Source of the DNA: an uncultured Methanosarcinales archaeon
Lineage (GTDB): Archaea > Nanobdellota > Nanobdellia > Woesearchaeales > JASKKU01
DNA length: 55,026 bases
Reading direction: 5' to 3'
Assembly: GCA_964445165.1 (NCBI GenBank)
Contig: CAYUJZ010000005.1
Location: forward strand, 1-55,026
Position numbers and translations under genes: made by a program. How positions within the stretch are numbered: position 1 is the first letter of the stretch; the number at the start of each line of letters is the position of its first letter. Below are positions 49,685 through 55,026 of the stretch, in pieces. A model generated the notes under the pieces. It saw only the letters and a list, made by a program, of their open reading frames with translations, had not been told where the DNA came from and ran no database searches.

Positions 49685-51544
49685 TTTCTTTTCAAAAGAA
49701 GCAAAGAAATCCTTTATTCTTTCAGCATATTCCCTTGGCTGAACCACAATATTCCAGTCATCAGGAAAGCATTTTTTGTAAAGAGGCCATACATACCTTT
49801 CGTCAAGAAAAACAATAATTCCAGTATCCTTCTCGCTCCTGATGCACCGCCCTGCAGCCTGAATAGACCTAATCATAGCAGGATAGACATAGCCGTAAAG
49901 CCTCCCTTTGCCAAACTTCTTTTCGTAATAATCAATAAGCTCACGAATCTCAGTATCAGGCCTTTCAAGCGGCAGCCCGACAATCACAACCCCTTTCAGA
50001 AAGTCTCCCGGAAGGTCAATGCCCTCGCTAAAAGAGCCAGACGCAGCAGCAAGCAGTACAGCGCCCTTCTCCTTCAGCGACTTGAACCTGTTCAGCAGCT
50101 CATCTTTTTCATCTCTTGACAGTGCCCTGTTTTCTGTAAGTATCTCCTTGTCTGTTTCAAGAAACTTAAGCACATTGTTCCGAAAGTCATAGCTGGGAAA
50201 AAACAGCGCAATGTTCCCTTTGCAGGATTCAATAATCTCAGAGCAAATCCCAGCAATGCTTCTGTACTGCTGCTCATTCCTCTCCCTGAAAGTGCTTGTA
50301 GTCCTTGGGATTACCTGCACCAGCCTGTTCTTCTCCGGAAAAGGGCTTTTGTAAGACTCAAGATAAGAGTTCTCTTTCTTAAAGCCAAGAATATCCCTGT
50401 ACATTTCAAGAGGGAAAAGCGTAGCAGACATAAGCACAAATGATTTAGTCTCATCAATAACCTCACCCATAAGCAGCCCTGGGTCAAGGCAGTTGTAGAA
50501 CAACGTAGTGTTGTCTGCCTCATTCTTTATGTACCTCACAAACCCGACATCCTCCTTGGGCCAAAACTCAAGGAACCTCGCAACAGATGAAAGATAAGAG
50601 TTTCTGCTCTGCTCACTCACCCTTTCCCCAGCATCGCTCAATTCAGCAACCGCTTTTTCATACTCATCCATGCTTTCCCATAAGAGATTAAGAAAATCCT
50701 GTTTCTTTACCTTTTTCTCATTCTCAACATTATGCGATAGGAAGTTCATGGCATCCTGAACCTTTACAAGGTAAGGGATTACCTCATTCTCCTTGTATCT
50801 CTTGGCCTGAAGTATAGACCTCTTAATAATTCTCGTAGTTATCCTTGCACTAAGTATATCCCTTAGCCTCTTGGGAAGGTTGTGCGCCTCATCCACTATG
50901 ATAACACTGTCAGAGAGCGAAATTCCCGATTTTTTCAGAAACCCGGCCCTTATGCCAGGGTTGAAGATGTATTGATAATCACAGATAATTAAGTCCGCGT
51001 TTCTTGCAATCTCCATAGCAATCTCATAAGGACAGAGCCTCAGGTCAGACGAAAATTCCCTGATTCTCTCAACATTGCTGAATGTCTTTTCAAGCTGGGA
51101 AACCACCATCTTTGCGTTGTTGGTGAACCCAGCATTTTTTCTTGTATTTGTGTAAAATTCACACCGGTCAGACTTTCTCAAAGACTTGCAGAACTCAAAA
51201 AAGTCGCTTGACCTCATCTTGTCAGCATTAAGCTGAGAGCACATCCACCTCTTGCCAATAATATCCCCTATTTTAAGCGAGATGTTGTTCTTCTCATTAA
51301 TCTTCGAGATTGTCTCAATCGCAATCCTGTGCTGGGTATGCCTGGTTGTAAGGAAAATAATTCTTTTTGCTTTTTTTTCAAGAAGGTGTTTTACAGCAGG
51401 CACAAGCGCAGCAGCAGTCTTTCCAACTCCGGTTGGCGCACTTACAATACAGTGCTTGCCCTCAGAAATCGCCCTGTAAACAATATCCATAAAGCGTTTT
51501 TGCGGCTCTCTTATGTTGTCAAAAGGAAAAAGAGATATCATCAC
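49667..51544 (-). CDS. xpd: XPD/Rad3-family 5'-3' DNA helicase with an Fe-S cluster domain
   Basis: 'APTGVGKTAA' and 'VDEAHNLP'. Four Cys occur in 'WMCSQ...FCKSL..DRCEF...LCPYE'. 625 aa. Confidence 0.9.
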   Translation of the reverse strand: MMISLFPFDNIREPQKRFMDIVYRAISEGKHCIVSAPTGVGKTAAALVPAVKHLLEKKAKRIIFLTTRHTQHRIAIETISKINEKNNISLKIGDIIGKRWMCSQLNADKMRSSDFFEFCKSLRKSDRCEFYTNTRKNAGFTNNAKMVVSQLEKTFSNVERIREFSSDLRLCPYEIAMEIARNADLIICDYQYIFNPGIRAGFLKKSGISLSDSVIIVDEAHNLPKRLRDILSARITTRIIKRSILQAKRYKENEVIPYLVKVQDAMNFLSHNVENEKKVKKQDFLNLLWESMDEYEKAVAELSDAGERVSEQSRNSYLSSVARFLEFWPKEDVGFVRYIKNEADNTTLFYNCLDPGLLMGEVIDETKSFVLMSATLFPLEMYRDILGFKKENSYLESYKSPFPEKNRLVQVIPRTTSTFRERNEQQYRSIAGICSEIIESCKGNIALFFPSYDFRNNVLKFLETDKEILTENRALSRDEKDELLNRFKSLKEKGAVLLAAASGSFSEGIDLPGDFLKGVVIVGLPLERPDTEIRELIDYYEKKFGKGRLYGYVYPAMIRSIQAAGRCIRSEKDTGIIVFLDERYVWPLYKKCFPDDWNIVVQPREYAERIKDFFASFEKKSPGKR

Positions 51545-51652
51545 AAATCCAGTTTAGGCTGGTCTTTAAAATGTTTTCTACTCAAAAACCCGGAAGATCA
51601 TCAAAAAGTTTTTAAAAGGAACCGAAATCCTAGCAATAGAGGCTTGATTCAG

Positions 51653-52180
51653 ATGGCAAAGTTAAGAAAAGCAGTTTGCTACAGGAGGCTAGAAAGGCCA
51701 TACACCCGAGTATCAAAATTCAGGAAACACTCCTTTGTAAAGGCAAGGCCGCACGTTAAAATCACAAAGTTTGACATGGGCAATGTAAAAGGCAATTTTG
51801 CCGTTGCTTTTGACCTGGTTTCCAAGTCAGGCCTTCAGGTAAGGCAGGAGGCCATGGAGGCTTCAAGGCAGATGCTTAACAGGAAACTGGAGCAGAAAAT
51901 AGGCAACGCAAACTACCATTTCAGGGTCAGGAAGTACCCGCACCACATTCTTAGGCAGAATTCCATAGCATCCGGCGCAGGCGCAGACAGGCTGAGCACA
52001 GGGATGCAGCTCGCTTTTGGGAAAGCCATAGGCGTAGCAGCACAGGTAAAGAAAGGAGATACACTTTTCACAATAAAAGTTAACAGGCAGCACAGGAACA
52101 CAGTCAGGACAATACTTACAGCAGTGCGCTCAAAGCTCCCAAACCAATGGTATATAGTTGAAAAAAATCTAGGTGAGTAA
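51653..52180 (+). CDS. rpl10e: Ribosomal protein uL16 (L10e)
   Basis: 'MAKLRKAVCYRRLERPYTRVSKFRKHSFVKARPHVKITKFDMGN'. The ORF-track extension back to 51329 is antisense to xpd and is not credible. Confidence 0.9.
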   Translation: MAKLRKAVCYRRLERPYTRVSKFRKHSFVKARPHVKITKFDMGNVKGNFAVAFDLVSKSGLQVRQEAMEASRQMLNRKLEQKIGNANYHFRVRKYPHHILRQNSIASGAGADRLSTGMQLAFGKAIGVAAQVKKGDTLFTIKVNRQHRNTVRTILTAVRSKLPNQWYIVEKNLGE

Positions 52181-52433
52181 AATGGCAGAAAAGGAAAAAG
52201 AGGTCTCAAAGGATGAGCAGGTTGGCTTCCATAAAGGCTCCATCTCAGTATTATCAAAGGAAAGGGCAGAATTGCTTAAGATAGTCTCAGTAGTTGAGCA
52301 GCTCATCCAGATGCACCTAAAAGCGCTTTCAGAGCTTGGGGTAAGCCTCACAGAAGACCAGAACCCAATATCAGAAAAAAACAAAGACCTGCCAAAGCAG
52401 AAAAAGCCGCCCATTGACGAGCTTCTTCAATGA
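52173..52433 (+). CDS. Small helical hypothetical protein (86 aa)
   Basis: The ATG overlaps the uL16 stop by 8 nt, with AGGTGA upstream. Its stop overlaps the next ATG by 4 nt. Confidence 0.5.
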   Translation: MSKMAEKEKEVSKDEQVGFHKGSISVLSKERAELLKIVSVVEQLIQMHLKALSELGVSLTEDQNPISEKNKDLPKQKKPPIDELLQ

Positions 52434-52840
52434 TTAAAATCACTTTCTCAGGTCACGAGAACATTCTGGGAACACACCCCAAAACATTTGAGTTTACCAA
52501 GCACAGCCACCTAACCACTAATGGAGACTGCATAATAGGCGTGAATTCTGCCGTTAGTTATCCAGAAGAAATTCACTCTCTTCTCAAAGAAAGGCGCAAA
52601 GTAAAAGGGAAAATCTCTGTGGAGCTTGCAGGAAAGAAAGCAGAGGACACCTTTACAGGCATTCTTAACCCGGAGTTCGACATCGGCTCAGAAGAGCTTG
52701 TGCTCAGGCGCTCATTCTTCAGCTCACCAAGAACCATAGTAATCGGGTGCGACAGGACAGCAAGTGAGCTCAGCAGGGAACTTATTGAACTGCTGAAGAA
52801 CAGGGATGCAAGGGGAAGTTGTTACCTGTTGGTGGTTTGA
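52430..52840 (+). CDS. DUF371-like archaeal protein
   Basis: 'KITFSGHENILGTHPKTFEFTKHSHLTTNGDCIIGV' matches my memory of the DUF371 N-terminal signature (GH.N..atH.tT.E.Tk...lt..GDCIiGv). Confidence 0.5.
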   Translation: MIKITFSGHENILGTHPKTFEFTKHSHLTTNGDCIIGVNSAVSYPEEIHSLLKERRKVKGKISVELAGKKAEDTFTGILNPEFDIGSEELVLRRSFFSSPRTIVIGCDRTASELSRELIELLKNRDARGSCYLLVV

Positions 52841-52898
52841 ATCTTTAATAAGCTTTATTAACAGATAAAACTCCCCTTCATTTTGAGGTATCTGACTT

Positions 52899-54869
52899 AT
52901 GAAAAAGAATTCTCTAAAAAAGATAGTTATATCTGTTTTTTTATTGGCATTTTTATCAAGCGCCGTTTTGATGGTTAACGCAGCAAGTGTAGTTCCTGAA
53001 TTGTATCAGGGCAGGGGAAGAGCAGGAAACCCTTCCTGTGCAGACTTGGGCTATGCTTATGAACTAAAGTTTGAGGATGGCGGCTTAGTTCCCGGAACTT
53101 ATGAAATCGGTGAAGGATACGAAGTAACTTGGTCTTTAGATGGCTCAACTGTTGACTGGGAATCAACTCTCTGGATTGATGCAGTGATAATGAAAGGAGG
53201 GCCTGTTGCAAACGTTTATTTCTATCCCGACGGCTCAATGGGCGATGAAGGCCTGGTGACGCCAGACAACACAAACGGCAGGGGAAAAAGCAGGCCTTAC
53301 GGGCTAAGCCACGTCACATTCTGTTTTGATGACCCGGTAGTCTATGTGCTTGAAGTAGAAAAGACAGCAGAGACAGAATACACCAGGACTTACCTGTGGG
53401 GAATAGAGAAAACATCTGATGTTGACGAATTAATGTTGGAAATAGGCGAATCTGTTGACGTTGATTACGAGGTTACCGTCACATTAGAAGGCTATGAGGA
53501 TTCAGGATTCACCGTATCAGGAACAATAACGATAACGAATCCAGCAGATTCTACCAGAAATGCATATATCGCAAGCATAACAGACCTGATTGACGGAGAG
53601 CACGAGGTTGATGTTGTATGTGACCCAGAGCTAACAGAAAACTTTGTTCTCGTTCCAGGAGAATCGTTAGCCTGTGAATACAGCATTGAGCTGGAAGATG
53701 CAACAAGCGAAACCGCAGGAATTAATGAAGTTGTAGTTGCTACAACCGGAAGGGTTCTTGGGAGTAGCGATGAAGCAGGGTTTGGCTTTGCCGAAGCTGA
53801 AGTAGAATATCTGGACACTTCTGTTCAGGTTGACGATGATTGGTTTGGCTCCTTGGGCATGCTGGATGTAAGCGAAGCTCTAGATATATTTGAGTACCGC
53901 CTGCAGGTTGGGCCTTACTCTTATGCAGGAGAGTTTGACTTTGTCAACACAGCAACACTGAAAACCTCAGATACAGAAACAGAGCTTTCAGATGGCCATA
54001 CAATCTTTATTGCTATTGAAGAAGAAACTGGTGTAGAGCTTGAATGCGATTGGGTTTTTGTTGGAAACGAAACAGCCTGGTCAGACGGAGCAAGATATAT
54101 TAATCCAGGCAACTGGGCAACATACACAAGCTACGGTGGTGAAGAAAAGACAGTAACTCTTTATGCAGGCCAGACAATTGATGTAGGCACTGTGCATTTT
54201 TCCGCACCTTCAGCAGAAAACGGATTGGTTACAATAACAATAACCTTAAATGAAGAAGAAGACGGGTTTGTATGGCGATTCCACGACGTTGCAGAAAATG
54301 TTAAAATCCAGGACTATCAGGCAGCTCCTTCAGGAAACCCAGCGCCAGGCTTGTTTGATCACAAAGCAACAGCTACAGAGTCTCCATTCAGCATTGAAGT
54401 GCCGCAAAATCTCTTCTACGGAGTGCATGTGGATGTAGCAAAGTATGAATGGGTTTGTGAAGAAGCAGAAGAGCCCGTATGTGAGTGGGCATGGCTGGAA
54501 CAGGTCGACGTTCCCTCTGATGGAAGCACCGTTTACTCAGAAAACACTCTTAACCTTGGTGAAGAATACAAGCTGATTGCAAGCGGAACCTACACCTATA
54601 ACAATGCAGGGGATTGGGCAGATGCAGAGTGGTACTTGAAAAATGGCGAGATTGTTAAAGGAGACACCGAAGGCTCACAGCCACATGTTCTGGATGTAAC
54701 AGTAAGTGATGATGAAAATACAGACTGGGGCGATTTCAGCGAAGACCATATTTACGATCTGATGTACATCGGAAAAGGAGAGCCAGTCAGCTTTTACATC
54801 TACGACAGCTTTTACCCAGACAACTCCGGCTCAATACAGGTAGACATCTACGAGTGCATCTACAACTGA
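52899..54869 (+). CDS. Secreted, strongly acidic protein (656 aa), no membrane anchor
   Basis: The signal peptide is 'MKKNSLKKIVISVFLLAFLSSAVLMVNAAS'. It is D/E-rich and beta-rich, has few sequons, and contains 'NETAWSDGARYINPGNWATYTSY'. Confidence 0.7.
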   Translation: MKKNSLKKIVISVFLLAFLSSAVLMVNAASVVPELYQGRGRAGNPSCADLGYAYELKFEDGGLVPGTYEIGEGYEVTWSLDGSTVDWESTLWIDAVIMKGGPVANVYFYPDGSMGDEGLVTPDNTNGRGKSRPYGLSHVTFCFDDPVVYVLEVEKTAETEYTRTYLWGIEKTSDVDELMLEIGESVDVDYEVTVTLEGYEDSGFTVSGTITITNPADSTRNAYIASITDLIDGEHEVDVVCDPELTENFVLVPGESLACEYSIELEDATSETAGINEVVVATTGRVLGSSDEAGFGFAEAEVEYLDTSVQVDDDWFGSLGMLDVSEALDIFEYRLQVGPYSYAGEFDFVNTATLKTSDTETELSDGHTIFIAIEEETGVELECDWVFVGNETAWSDGARYINPGNWATYTSYGGEEKTVTLYAGQTIDVGTVHFSAPSAENGLVTITITLNEEEDGFVWRFHDVAENVKIQDYQAAPSGNPAPGLFDHKATATESPFSIEVPQNLFYGVHVDVAKYEWVCEEAEEPVCEWAWLEQVDVPSDGSTVYSENTLNLGEEYKLIASGTYTYNNAGDWADAEWYLKNGEIVKGDTEGSQPHVLDVTVSDDENTDWGDFSEDHIYDLMYIGKGEPVSFYIYDSFYPDNSGSIQVDIYECIYN

Positions 54870-54875
54870 ACGAAC

Positions 54876-54894
54876 TTTTTCTTTTTTTCTTTTT
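54876..54894 (+). terminator. T-rich tract downstream of the 52899 gene
   Basis: tttttctttttttcttttt starts 7 nt after the stop. Confidence 0.4.
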
Positions 54895-54935
54895 AATTTA
54901 GAATTCTAAAAGACACTTATGCGCCTTTTTTCTTA

Positions 54936-55026
54936 TTAATTTCCTTTACCTGCCAGCTCTCTTATAAACAGAGCAACCAGCCACTCATGCCTTGTGCACT
55001 CAGCATAATCACACACATCAACAGAA
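54936..55026 (-). CDS. Possible C-terminal fragment of a gene entering from the right edge
   Basis: The minus-strand frame is open from the edge, reads '...SVDVCDYAECTRHEWLVALFIRELAGKGN', and ends at TAA 54936-54938. Too short to classify. Confidence 0.25.
   Translation of the reverse strand, partial: SVDVCDYAECTRHEWLVALFIRELAGKGN

Noticed and set aside
51329-51652. The ORF track extends the uL16 gene 108 codons upstream.
   Set aside because: The extension is antisense to the 5' end of xpd and has no ribosomal-protein similarity. The canonical N-terminus 'MAKLRKAVCYRR' begins at the ATG at 51653.

Overview
The window reads as a gene-dense chromosomal segment of an archaeon: more than 90% coding and roughly 40% GC by eye. 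A small-genome DPANN-type lineage is the most plausible source. That is an inference from archaeal information-processing genes combined with miniaturised enzymes and giant surface proteins. I call about 60 CDS and 4 tRNA genes: Met-CAT with a 48-nt bulge-helix-bulge intron, His-GTG, Lys-CTT and Phe-GAA. I saw no rRNA, CRISPR array, integrase or transposase. Recognisable genes are a DEAD-box helicase, ZIP transporter, TyrRS, aCPSF1-type beta-CASP RNase, proteasome beta subunit, KaiC/RadA-like ATPase, HemK-like methyltransferase, a kinase-like::MGMT fusion and a NurA-like nuclease. Also present are a PIG-L deacetylase with a GT4 glycosyltransferase, SMC, ROK kinase, endonuclease III, MoxR-DUF58-vWA, a histone-fold protein, PCNA, MscS, ribosomal proteins eS1/eL33/uL16, a PfkB kinase and XPD. 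The strongest candidates for something new are these. (1) At 27.7-39.2 kb, two co-transcribed giant surface proteins (1095 and 1489 aa) saturated with N-x-S/T sequons carry a cadherin-like repeat array and DCGGPC cysteine modules. The cytoplasmic tail of the first shares a DUF4129-like module with a neighbouring soluble protein, next to a MoxR-DUF58-vWA operon. (2) At 43.6-48.6 kb there is a same-strand cluster of orphan genes: a 492-aa orphan, a translationally coupled acidic coiled-coil protein, a xylose-isomerase-like TIM barrel split by a roughly 270-aa insertion, and a nucleotidyltransferase. (3) Several miniaturised or fused enzymes occur: an A-domain-only pyruvate kinase, a 305-aa RtcB-like gene beside the intron-bearing tRNA, the kinase-like::MGMT fusion, and a SpoT-like HD hydrolase between two tRNAs. 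There is also a tandem-duplicated small basic protein. All family assignments come from motif recognition by eye. No database search, HMM search or structure prediction was run.
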